Assembly: GCA_038087875.1 (NCBI GenBank)
Contig: JAXLNO010000382.1
Location: 45,899 to 65,898, forward strand
Length of the DNA stretch: 20,000 bases
Reading direction: 5' to 3'
From: Malacoraja senta
Taxonomy: Eukaryota
The notes beneath the pieces were generated by a model. That model worked only from the letters and a program-made list of their open reading frames with translations. It did not search any database and was not told the DNA's origin. Positions 10,412 through 19,298 of this stretch are shown here, piece after piece. The position numbers and the translations under genes are program-made. Position 1 is the stretch's first letter. Each line of letters begins with the position of its first letter.

Positions 10412-10510
10412 GTACACAAAAATGCTGGAGAAACTCAGCGGGTGCAGCAGCATCTATGGAGCGAAGGAGATAGGCAACGTTTCGGGCCGAAACCCTTCTT
10501 CAGACCCAGG
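10412..10510 (-). mobile_element. Hammerhead-family element inserted in CR1-C with a 6-7 bp TSD
   Basis: tcccag at 10406-10411 and 10511-10516 (or cccaggt at 10407-10413 and 10505-10511); CR1 sequence is continuous across the insertion. Confidence 0.85.
10471..10508 (-). ncRNA. Minimal type-I hammerhead ribozyme with intact core
   Basis: - strand: UGGGU CUGAAGA A GGGU-UUCG-GCCC GAAA CG UU^ GCCUA; 5-bp stem I, 4-bp stem II, palindromic ACGU in place of stem III; predicted cut between 10476 and 10475. Confidence 0.75.
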
Positions 10511-10776
10511 TCCCAGCTGCCTATACCTGTTCCATGCGTCTTTCTTGTTGTTGACTTAACATCTCAATTTCTCTCCTCTGGCAAGCTTCCTTACTTTGTC
10601 TGCTTTGCCCTTCACTCTAACGGGGACGTACACATCCTGAGCTTTCGTCAGTACACTTTTAAAAACATCCCACTTGGCCGATGTTCCTTTCCCCTCTAAT
10701 AACCTGCTCCAGTCAACTTGAGCGAGACCTTCTCGCATACCCTCAAAGTTGGCCTTACCCCAGTTGAGCATTTTAA

Positions 10777-10873
10777 AAGGCTGAAGAACGGTCTCGACCC
10801 GAAATGTCGCCAATTCCTTCTCTCTATAGATGCTGCCTCACCCGCTGAGTTATTCCAGCATTTTGTGTCTACA
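10777..10873 (+). mobile_element. Hammerhead-family element inserted in CR1-C with a 12-bp TSD (1 mismatch)
   Basis: CTGAAGAacggtctcgacccGAAATGTC at 10781-10808; tgagcattttaa at 10765-10776 and tgaacattttaa at 10874-10885. Confidence 0.85.
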
Positions 10874-11287
10874 TGAACATTTTAACATGTGGACCCTCTC
10901 CATCCCCTTCCATATCTTAAACCTAATCAAACTGTGGTCACTGGTCCCAAAAGGCTCCTCCTCACACACTTCATTAACTTGCCTTTCCCAATTTCTCAAT
11001 ACTAGATCCAGCGTTGCCCTCTCACGTGTGGGGGCCTCCACATACTGCTTAAGAAAACTCTCCTGAACACTTTTGAAGAATTGCACCCCATCTAAACCTT
11101 TCACGCAATGATTTTTCCCAGTCTATATTGGGAAAGTTAAAATCCCCTACCACAACAACCTTATTTAACATGCAGCTGTCTGCAATCTCCCGGCACATTT
11201 GTTCTTCTCATTCCCGTTGACTATTCGGGAGTCTGTAAGAGAAGGTGATCATCCCTTTCCTGTTCCTCAGCTCCACCCATATAGCCT

Positions 11288-11350
11288 CCTTCTATCCAGA
11301 GATGCTGCCTGTCCCGCTGAGTTATTTCAGGTTTTTGTGTCTATCTTCGG
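11288..11350 (+). mobile_element. Hammerhead-family element, 3' body only
   Basis: ccagagatgctgcctgtcccgctgagttat...tgtgtctatcttcgg. Confidence 0.75.
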
Positions 11351-11479
11351 AGTAACTAAATCTCCTGGTGCCGGGTGACCTGCTCTCACAGATCCGGCAT
11401 CGGTGGATATCTATTCACACACCCGGAACGATGCACGACTCCCACCCTGTCCTGGCCTGAGAACGCAGCTTCCAAAGGT

Positions 11480-12026
11480 CAACCTCCATTGACTCCATCT
11501 GCACTTCACGCTGTCTCAGGAAAGCAGCCTACATGTCCCTCCACTTGTGGTCATTGCTTCTCCTCCCCACAGTATTATCTGTTTGGACAGCATGGAAACC
11601 AATGTTTTGCACTGTTCCTCAGTACATGTGCTAAGAATAACCTTAAGTTAATAAAAATCAAAGAACCTTTCCTACCCTGGTCATTCCTTCTTCTCCCCGC
11701 TCCCATCCAGCAGAAGGTACAGAAGCTTGAAAGCGGACACCAACAGTCTCAGGAGCAGCTTCTTCCCCCGTGTTATCTAGTTTCTGAACGGTCCTTCCAT
11801 AAGCTCGGGTACTGTCCGATTCACCTCTACCCCATTGCGGACATTGGACTTTGTCTCTGGAACTGCACTACAATGCTGAGAACTATATTCTGCACTCTAT
11901 CTTCCCCTTTAATCTAACTATTGTTCTTGAGTTTGGCTTGTGTAATATTATCAGATTTGATTAGGTAGCATGCAAAACAAAAATTGTCACTGTACCTCGG
12001 TACACGTGACAATAATAAACCTAAAC
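11480..12026 (+). mobile_element. Older Rex1-like LINE 3' end (degraded C-terminus plus 3' UTR), with a second degraded tail at about 11531-11650
   Basis: SIDSICTSRCLRKAA...PGHSFFSPLPS.RRYRSLKA.T...RSSFFP-like coding remnant; terminal cactgtacctcggtacacgtgacaataataaa. Confidence 0.75.
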
Positions 12027-12137
12027 TCTAGAGTTTAGAAGTGATTTTATTGCAGCACCAGATCTCCACAATAACCTTCACTCGAAGCACGAGGTCTGGC
12101 AGACCTCCTCCGCGCAGCCACAGAAGATGCTCAATAA

Positions 12138-12535
12138 GGTGGTGGCGCAGCGGTAGAGTTGCTGGCTCACGGCGCCAGAGACCCGGGTTCGAGCCTGACC
12201 TCGGGAACTGTCTGTGTGTGAAGTTTGCACGTTCTCCCTGTGATCGCGTGGCTTTCCTCCGGGTGCTCCGGTTTCCCCCACATGCCACCGAATCGACCCC
12301 GACCATCGAACACCCATTCACACTAGTTCTATGCTATCCCACTTTCTCATCCACTCGATACACACTAGTGGCAATTTACAGAGGGCCAATTAACCTACAA
12401 ACCCCCAAGTCTTTGGAGTGTGGGAGGAAACCGGAGCACCAGAGGAAACCCACCAGAGAACGTTCAAACTCCACACAGACAGCACCCAAGGTTAGATTAT
12501 GAACCCGGGTCTCTGTGCTCTACCCGCTGCACCAC
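12138..12535. mobile_element. Two HE1-like SINEs in opposite orientation (12138-12281 +, about 12282-12535 -)
   Basis: ggtggcgcagcggtagag and gggttcgagcc head on +; reverse-complement V-domain and head ending ctacccgctgcaccac. Confidence 0.85.
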
Positions 12536-12954
12536 GTTATAAAACTGGAGCAACCTCCCAGGTTTGAATGGATAGCCATGGGTTTCTGGTGACAGTCACT
12601 TGCCCCCTTTTATCTGAAGATAATCGGTCAAGAACTGACCAAGCAAGATTTGCGTCAGCAGGAGACCTGATATAGAAGTATATAATATGATGATAAGAGG
12701 CATACATATGGTAGACAGTCAGAAACTTTCTCCCAGCTTGGAAATGTCAAAGACTAGAGGCCACAGTGTTAAGGTGAAAGGTGACAAGTTTAATGGGAGA
12801 TGTGTGGGGCAGGTTTATTTTACACAGAGGGTGGTGGATGCCTGGAACACGTTGCCAGGGGTGGTGGTGGAGGCAGATACGACAGTGTTTAAGATATGCT
12901 GGAAATGGTGGAGTATGGATCATGTGCAGGCAGAGGAGATTAGTTTAACTTGGT

Positions 12955-13142
12955 GGTGCACAAAAATGCTGGAGAAACTCAGCGGGTGAGGCAGCATCTA
13001 TGGAGCGATGGAAATAGGCAACGGTTCGGGTTGAAAAGTCGCCTGTTTCCTTCGCTCCATAGATGCTGCCTCACCCGCTGAGTTTCTCCAGCATTTTTGT
13101 CTACCTTCGATTTTCCAGCATCTGCAGTTTCTTCTTCAACAA
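12955..13142. mobile_element. Fold-back hammerhead-family element with 63-bp inverted arms and an 11-bp TSD
   Basis: 12960-13022 and 13038-13100 are reverse complements at 60/63 positions; tttaacttggt at 12944-12954 and 13143-13153. Confidence 0.9.
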
Positions 13143-13176
13143 TTTAACTTGGTATCATGTTTAGCATGGACGTTGT

Positions 13177-13299
13177 TACAGTTCAGTTTATTGTCACGTG
13201 TACCGAGGTACAGTGAAAAGCTTTTGTTGCGTGCTATCCAGTCAGCGGAAAGACAATACATGATTACAATCGAGCCATTTACAGTGTACAGATACATGA
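13177..13299 (-). mobile_element. Rex1-type 3' tail fragment
   Basis: - strand ends tttcactgtacctcggtacacgtgacaataaactgaactg; ttgt flanks both sides. Confidence 0.75.
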
Positions 13300-13340
13300 T
13301 TGTGGGCCGAAGGGCCTGCTCCTGTGCTGCACTGTTCTAT

Positions 13341-13468
13341 CAAGGAAGGAACTGCAGCTGCTGGTTTAAACCGAAGACAACATGCTAGAGTATCTCAGTG
13401 GAACAGATAGAACCTCTGGAGAAGAGGAATGGGTGATGTTTTGGGTCGAGACCCTTCTTCAGACTGAT
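13341..13468 (-). mobile_element. Hammerhead-family element flanked by a 13-bp direct repeat
   Basis: - strand reads cagtCTGAAGAagggtctcgacccAAAACATCacc; tgcactgttctat at 13328-13340 and 13469-13481. Confidence 0.85.
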
Positions 13469-14369
13469 TGCACTGTTCTATAAGGTCATAAGGAATAGGA
13501 GTAGTATTAGGCCATTGAACCCATCTAGTCTACCCCACCTTGATCTATCTTTCCCTCCTAACCCCAGTCTCCTGCTTTCTCCCCATAACCTCCGACACCC
13601 ATACAAATCACGAATCTATCTATCCCTGCCTTAACAATATCCACTGACTTGGCCTCCACAACCTTCTGTGGCAAAGAATTCCACAGATTCACCACCCTCT
13701 GACTAAAGACATTTCTCATCTCCTTCCTAAAAGAACGTCCTTCAATTCTGAGGCTATGGCCTCTAGTCCTAGACTCTCCCACTAATGGAAACATCCTCTC
13801 CACATCCACTCTATCCAAGTCTTTCACTATTCTGTATGTTTCAATGAGGTCCCCACTCATTTTTCAAAAACTCCAGTAAGTACAGGCCCAGTGCCAACAA
13901 ACGCTCATCATATGTTAACCTACCAGGTCTAGAGGGTTGCCAGGGCTAGAGGGTCTGAGCTTTAGGGAGAGTTTGAGTAGGCTGGGTCTCAATTCCTTGG
14001 AGCATGGGAAGATGAGGGGAGATCTTAAAGAGGTGTATAAGATCATGAGAGGAATAAATCGGGTAGATGCACAGAGTCTCGTGCCCAGAGTAGGGGAATC
14101 GAGGACCAGATGACATAGGTTCAAGGTGAAGGGGAAAAGATTTAATAGGAATCTGAAGGGCAACGTTTTCACACAAATGGTGGTGGGTGTATGAAACAAG
14201 CTGCCAGAGGTGGTAGTTGAGGCTGGGACTATCCCAACGTTTAAGAAACAGTTAGACAGGTACATGGATAGGACAAGTTTGGAGGGATATGGGCCGAACG
14301 CAGGCAGGTGGGACTAGTGCAGCTGGGACATGTTGGCCGGTGTGGGCAAGTTGGGCCGAAGGGCCTGTT

Positions 14370-14500
14370 TCGACCGCGGGGCTTGTTTTACAGAGGCCCA
14401 GGAACCGTTGGTGTGGGAGGAGTGGCGTCCGGGCTGTGAGTATAATCCTCGACCGCGGGGCTTGTTTTACAGAGGCCCAGGAGCCGTTGGTGCGGGAGGA
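14370..14500 (+). repeat. 79-bp-period direct repeat in the CR1 5' UTR
   Basis: 14370-14421 and 14449-14500 match at 50/52 positions. Confidence 0.9.
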
Positions 14501-14654
14501 ACCCAAATCTGTAACGTTCCACTCGCATTTCACAGTTCAAAACAAGTGGGCTTGAGGAAGCCGCTGATTGGGTGTCAGATCCCTGCTGATTTCTTCCAGC
14601 AGTTTGTATTGTATTGTATTGCACTTTGTATTGTACCCAGGGTAAGGGAGGAGT

Positions 14655-15478
14655 ATGAGGGCCAGGGCAGTTTATTGTTCTGGATGCCAGATGTGGGAGG
14701 TCATGGAGTCTGATAGCCTTCCAGACGTCCACATCTGCGCCAGGTGCGTCGAGATGGGGCTCCTAAAGGACTGTATTAGGAACCTGGAGCAGCAGCTCGA
14801 TGACCTCCGTCTGGTCAGGGAGAGTGAGGAGGTCATAGAAAGGCGTTATAGAGAGGTGGTCACTCCAAAACCACGGGAGACAGACAAGTGGGTCACAGTT
14901 AGGAGGGGCAAGGGGCAGAGGCAGGGACTAGAGTACCCCAGTGGCTGTACACCTTGACAATAAGTACTCATGTTTGAGTACTGTTGGGGGGGACAGCCTA
15001 CCTGGGGGTAGTGACAGCGGCCGGGCCTCCGGTACAGAGATCGGCCCTGTTGCTCAGAGGGGTAAGGAAAAGAAGAGGAGGGCAGTAGTAATAGGGGACT
15101 CTATAGTTAGGGGGTCAGACAGGCGATTCTGTGGACGCAATCGGGAGACCCGGATGGTAGTTTGCCTCCCTGGTGCCAGGGTCTGGGATGTGTCTGAACA
15201 TGTCCAAGATATCCTGAAATGGGAGGGAGAGGAGCCGGAGGTCGTGGTACATATAGGTACCAATGACATAGGTAGAAAAAGGGAAGAGGTCCTGAAGGGA
15301 GAATTTAGGGAGTTAGGAGAGTTAAGGAAAAGGACCGCAAAGGTAACAATCTCAGGATTACTGCCTGTGCCACGCGACAGTGAGAGTAGGAATGGAGCGA
15401 GGTGGAGGATAAATGCCGAGGGGGACCAATATCCTGGCGGGGAGATTTGCAAAGGCTACTGGGGAGACTTTAAACTAG
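14655..15478 (+). pseudogene. CR1 ORF1: zinc finger/leucine zipper plus SGNH esterase (frameshift near 14933; deletion near 15417)
   Basis: CSGC...CARC, heptad LKDCIRNLEQQL, VIGDSIVRG, CLPGA, VHIGTND; the DxxH block is missing; ends GTNILAGRFAKATGETLN-TAG (15476-15478). Confidence 0.9.
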
Positions 15479-18400
15479 AATGGTTGGGGGGAGGGACTCA
15501 AATAGAGAAAGCTAGGAGACAGTGTGTGAGGCAGGAGGCAGAGAAGGGAAGCACTCAGACCCAACATGTAGGGGGGAAAGAAGAAAAAGATAATAAACAG
15601 AGAATAAGAGGTGGTGGGTTTCTTAAATGTGTGAGCAGAGAGACAGAGGGGTGTAAAATGACGGTAGAAGCAATAGGTAGCAAGGTGAAAAGTAAAAGTG
15701 GTAGGCAGACAAATCCAGGGCAAAAATCAAAAAGGGCCATTTTTCAACATAATTGTATAAGGGGTAAGAGTGTTGTAAAAACAAGCCTGAAGGCTTTGTG
15801 TCTCAATGCAAGGAGCATTCGTAATAAGGTGGATGAGTTGAATGTGCAGATAGCTATTAATGACTATGATATAGTTGGGTTCATGGATACATGGCTCCAG
15901 GGTGACCAAGGCTGGGAGCTGAACATCCAGGGATATTCAATATTCAGGAGGGATAGACAGAAAGTAAAAGGAGGTGGGGTAGCGTTGCTTGTTAGAGAGG
16001 AGATTAACGCAATAGAAAGGAAGGACATTAGCTTGGAGGATGTGGAATCGATATGGGTAGAGCTGCGAAACACTAAGGGGCAGAAAACGCTAGTGGGAGT
16101 TGTGTACAGGCCACCTAACAGTAGTAGTGGAGTTGGTAATGGCATCAAACAGGAAATTAGAAATGCGTGCAACAAAGGTAAAACAGTTATAATGGGTGAC
16201 TTCAATCTACATATAGATTGGGTGAATCAAATTGGCAGGGGGTGCTGAGGAAGAGGATTTCTTGGAATGTATGCGGGATATTTTCTAAATCAACATGTAG
16301 AGGAACCAACGAGAGAGCAGGCTATTCTAGACTGGGTATTGAATAATGAGGAAGGGTTAGTTAGCAGTCTTGTTGTGCGTGGCCCCTTGGGAAGAGTGAC
16401 CATAATATGGTTGAGTTCTTCATTAGGATGGAGAGTGACATAATTAATTCAGAAACAAGGGTTCTGAACTTAAAGAAAGGTAACTTTGAGGGTATGAGAC
16501 ATGAATTGGCCAAGATAGACTGGCAATTGATTCTTAAAGGGTTGACGGTGGATATGCAATGGAAGGCATTTAAAGGCTGCATGGATGAACTACAACACTT
16601 GTTCATCCCAGTTTGGCAAAAGAATAAATCAGGGAGGGTAGTGGATCCGTGGATAACAAGGGAAATCAGGGATAGTATCAAAACAAAAGATGAAGCATAC
16701 AAATTAGCCAGAAAAAGCAACCTACCAGAGGACTGGGAGAAATTCAGTCCAGCAGAGGGTTTAATTAGGAAAGGGAAAATAGATTATAAAAGAAAACTGG
16801 CAGGGAACATAAAAACTGACTGCAAAAGTTTTTATAGATATGTGAAGAGAAAAAGATTAGTTAATCCCATATGTAGGGTCCCTTGCTGTCAGAAACAGGT
16901 GAATTGATCATGGGGAACAAGGACATGGCAGAACAATTGAATAACTACTTTGGTTCTGTCTTCACTAAGGGAGACTTAATTAATCTGCCGGAAATAGCAG
17001 GGGACCGGGGGTCAAATGAGATGGAGGAACTGAGTGAAATCCTGGTTAGCCGGGAAGTGGTGTTAGGTAAATTGAATGGATTAAAGGCCGATAAATCCCA
17101 AGGGCCAGATCGGCTGCATCCCAGAGTACTTAAGGAAGTAGCCTCAGAAATAGTGGATGCATTAGTGATAATTTTTCAAAACTCTTTAGATTCTGGAGTA
17201 GTTCCTGAGGATTGGAGGGTAGCTAATGTAACCCCACTTTTTAAAAAGGGAGGGAGAGAGAAAACGGGGAATTACAGACCAGTTAGTCTAACATCGGTAG
17301 TGGGGAAACTGCTAGAGTCAGTTATTAAAGATGGGATAGCAGCACATTTGGAAAATGGTGAAATCATTGGACAAAGTCAGCATGGATTTATGAAAGGTAA
17401 ATCATGTCTGACGAATCTTATAGTATTTTTCGAGGATGTAACTAGTAGAGTGGATAAGGGAGAACCAGTGGATGTGTTATATCTGGACTTTCAGAAGGCT
17501 TTCGACAAGGTCCCACATAAGAGATTAATATACAAACTTAAAGCACACGGTATTGGGGGGTTCAGTATTGATGTGGATAGAGAACTGGCTTGCAGACAGG
17601 AAGCAAAGAGGAGTAGTAAACGGGTCATTTTCAGAATGGCAGGCAGTGACTAGTGGGGTACCGCAAGGCTCAGTGCTGGGACCCCAGCTATTTACAATAT
17701 ATATTAATGATTTGGACGAGGGAATTGAATGCAACATCTCCAAGTTTGCGGATGACACAAAGCTGGGGGGGCAGTGTTAGCTGTGAGGAGGGTGCTAGGA
17801 GGCTGCAAGATGACTTGGATAGGCTGGGTGAGTGGGCAAATGCATGGCAGATGCAGTATAATGTGGATAAATGTGAGGTTATCCACTTTGGTGGCAAAAA
17901 CAGGAAAGTAGACTATTATCTGAATGGTGGCCGATTAGGAAAAGACAAGATGCAACGAGACCTGGGTGTCATGGTACACCAGTCATTGAAAGTAGGCATG
18001 CAGGTGCAGCAGGCAGTGAAGAAAGCGAATGGTATGTTAGCATTCATAGCAAAAGGATTTGAGTAAAGGAGCAGGGAGGTTCTACTGCAGTTGTATAAGG
18101 TCTTGGTGAGACCACACCTGGAGTATTGCGTTCAGTTTTGGTCTCCTAATCTGAGGAAGGACACTCTTGCCATTGAGGGAGTACAGAGAAGGTTCACCAG
18201 ACTGATTCCTGGGATGTCAGGACTTTCATATGAAGAAAGACTGGATAGACTCTGCTTGTACTCGCTAGAATTTAGAAGATTGAGGGGGGATCTTATAGAA
18301 ACTTACAAAATTCTTAAGCGGTTGGACAGGCTAGATGCAAAAAGATTGCTCCCGATGTTGGGGAAGTCCAGAACAAAGGGTCACAGTTTAAGGATAACGG

Positions 18401-18585
18401 GGAAATCTTTTAGGACTGAGATGAGAAAAACATTTTTTACACAGAGAGTGGTGAATCTCTGGAATTCTCTGCCACAGAAGGTAGTTGAGGCAAGTTCATT
18501 GGCTATATTTAACAGGGAGTTAGATGTGGCCCTTGTGGCTAAAGGGATCAGGAGATATGGAGAGAAGGCAGGTACAGGATACTGA
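15469..18585 (+). pseudogene. CR1 ORF2 APE endonuclease plus reverse transcriptase (multiple frameshifts, nonsense codon at 18064-18066)
   Basis: [72 protein letters not shown]. Confidence 0.95.
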
Positions 18586-18925
18586 GTTGGTTGATCAGCC
18601 ATGATCGTATTGAATGGCGGTGCAGGCTCGAAGGGCCAAATGGCCTACTCCTGCACCTATTTTCTATGTATCTATGTTTCCACACTGTATCACTATGACT
18701 CTATTCATTCTTGGGATCATTCTTTTGACCCTCTCTGGACCACCCCCCACCCAGGGCCAGCACATTCTTCCTCAATATGGGGCCCAAAATGACTCGATGT
18801 TCAATATTCTCTACGTGCAGTTTTATTAAAGTGACTTGCGTTGACTTGGCAAGCAGACCACACCCAGAGTTCTGATGCAGGGACGAAGATAACACAGGGT
18901 TATTATTGCAAACAGGGGTTAGCAG

Positions 18926-19001
18926 GGTTTAGTTTGGTACAGCATAGAAACATGCTCTTCGGCCCACCAAACACACGCCAACCATCAATCACCCATTCAC
19001 A
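18926..19001 (-). mobile_element. HE1-like SINE tail fragment
   Basis: tttagtttggtacagcatagaaacatgctcttcggcccacc...cacccattcaca. Confidence 0.65.
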
Positions 19002-19004
19002 ATA

Positions 19005-19251
19005 GCTGCTCTAGGTGTCGGCTGCTCTACATCGGTGAGACCAAGCGTAGGCTTGGCGATCGCTTCGCCCAACACCTCCACTCGGTTCGCACTAACCAAC
19101 CTGAACTCCTGGTGGCTTAGCACTTCAACTCCCCCTCCCATTCCGAATCCGATCTTTCTGTTCTGGGCCTCCTCCATGGCCAGAGTGAGTCCCACTGCAA
19201 ATTGGGGGAGCAGCACCTCATATTTCGCTTGGTCAGTTTATACCCCAGCGG
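19005..19251 (+). pseudogene. Penelope-like element GIY-YIG endonuclease relic
   Basis: Frame from 19007 (not in the ORF track) reads CSRCRLLYIGETKRRLGDRFAQHL...VA*HFNSPSH...EQHLIFRL.SLYPSG; TAG at 19118-19120. Confidence 0.88.
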
Positions 19252-19298
19252 GAATAGTGCCGGAGGATTGGCGTACTGCGCATGTTGTTCCGTTGTTT
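19251..19298 (+). mobile_element. Tiny CR1 ORF2 fragment
   Basis: Translates GIVPEDWRTAHVVPLF, compare GVVPEDWRVANVTPLF at about 17195. Confidence 0.75.

Larger units (their letters stand above)
4906..11287 (-). mobile_element. CR1 LINE (subfamily C), 5'-truncated within APE; pieces 4906-6733, 10344-10411, 10517-10776 and 10886-11287, separated by later insertions
   Basis: 3' tail (tatgactc repeats) at 4906; RT ORF pieces 5219-6633(-); coding continuity KLKKEIRRA|K..QEIALAG across 10344/6733 with duplicated ttgcc (6729-6733 and 10339-10343); APE-side motifs TLDLVL and SDHS in 10850-11104(-). Confidence 0.9.
12661..13340 (+). mobile_element. Old CR1 3' end (subfamily A), interrupted at 12955-13142 and 13177-13299
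   Basis: SKTRGHSVKVKG...FTQRVVDAWNTLPGVVVEA; tail resumes ttgtgggccgaagggcctgctcctgtgctgcactgttctat. Confidence 0.85.
14372..18674 (+). mobile_element. Near-full-length CR1 LINE (5' UTR, ORF1, ORF2, tail) with 6-bp TSD tgtttc; probably chimeric
   Basis: tgtttc at 14366-14371 and 18675-18680; complete domain order zinc finger / esterase / APE / RT / tail. Confidence 0.92.
13923..18700 (+). mobile_element. CR1 3' end (subfamily C-like); pieces 13923-14371 and 18681-18700
   Basis: Tail gggccgaagggcctgtttc|cacactgtatcactatgact reassembles across the insertion and matches the intact tail at 4906-4955(-). Confidence 0.85.
13482..18805 (-). mobile_element. CR1 3' end (subfamily B); pieces 13482-13922 and 18704-18805, split by nested insertions
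   Basis: ORF 13558..13860(-) GDLIETYRIVKDLDRVD...; 18704-18805(-) supplies the upstream FWAPY.RK.VLAL...RMIP.M part, which joins GLTYDERL-like sequence at 13922. Confidence 0.8.

Noticed and set aside
11375..11917. 180-aa ORF as a host gene
   Set aside because: Mostly an off-frame read through degraded Rex1-like sequence; no recognisable domain
12613..12660. CTGAAGA followed by a ggtca/tgacc hairpin as another hammerhead
   Set aside because: No correctly placed GAAA or UH cleavage site, and no family body sequence
14370..14500. CRISPR-like repeat-spacer array
   Set aside because: Only two 52-bp units, eukaryotic LINE 5' UTR context, no cas genes
14941..16248. 435-aa ORF joining esterase and APE as a natural fusion gene
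   Set aside because: Created by a deletion near 15417 that removes the esterase DxxH block and shifts into the ORF2 frame; the true ORF1 end is in another frame (stop at 15476-15478)
16230..17775. ORF2 frameshifts in G runs (about 16240, 17557, 17768) as programmed recoding
   Set aside because: Homopolymer indels are better explained by decay or sequencing error; the copy also has deletions and a nonsense codon
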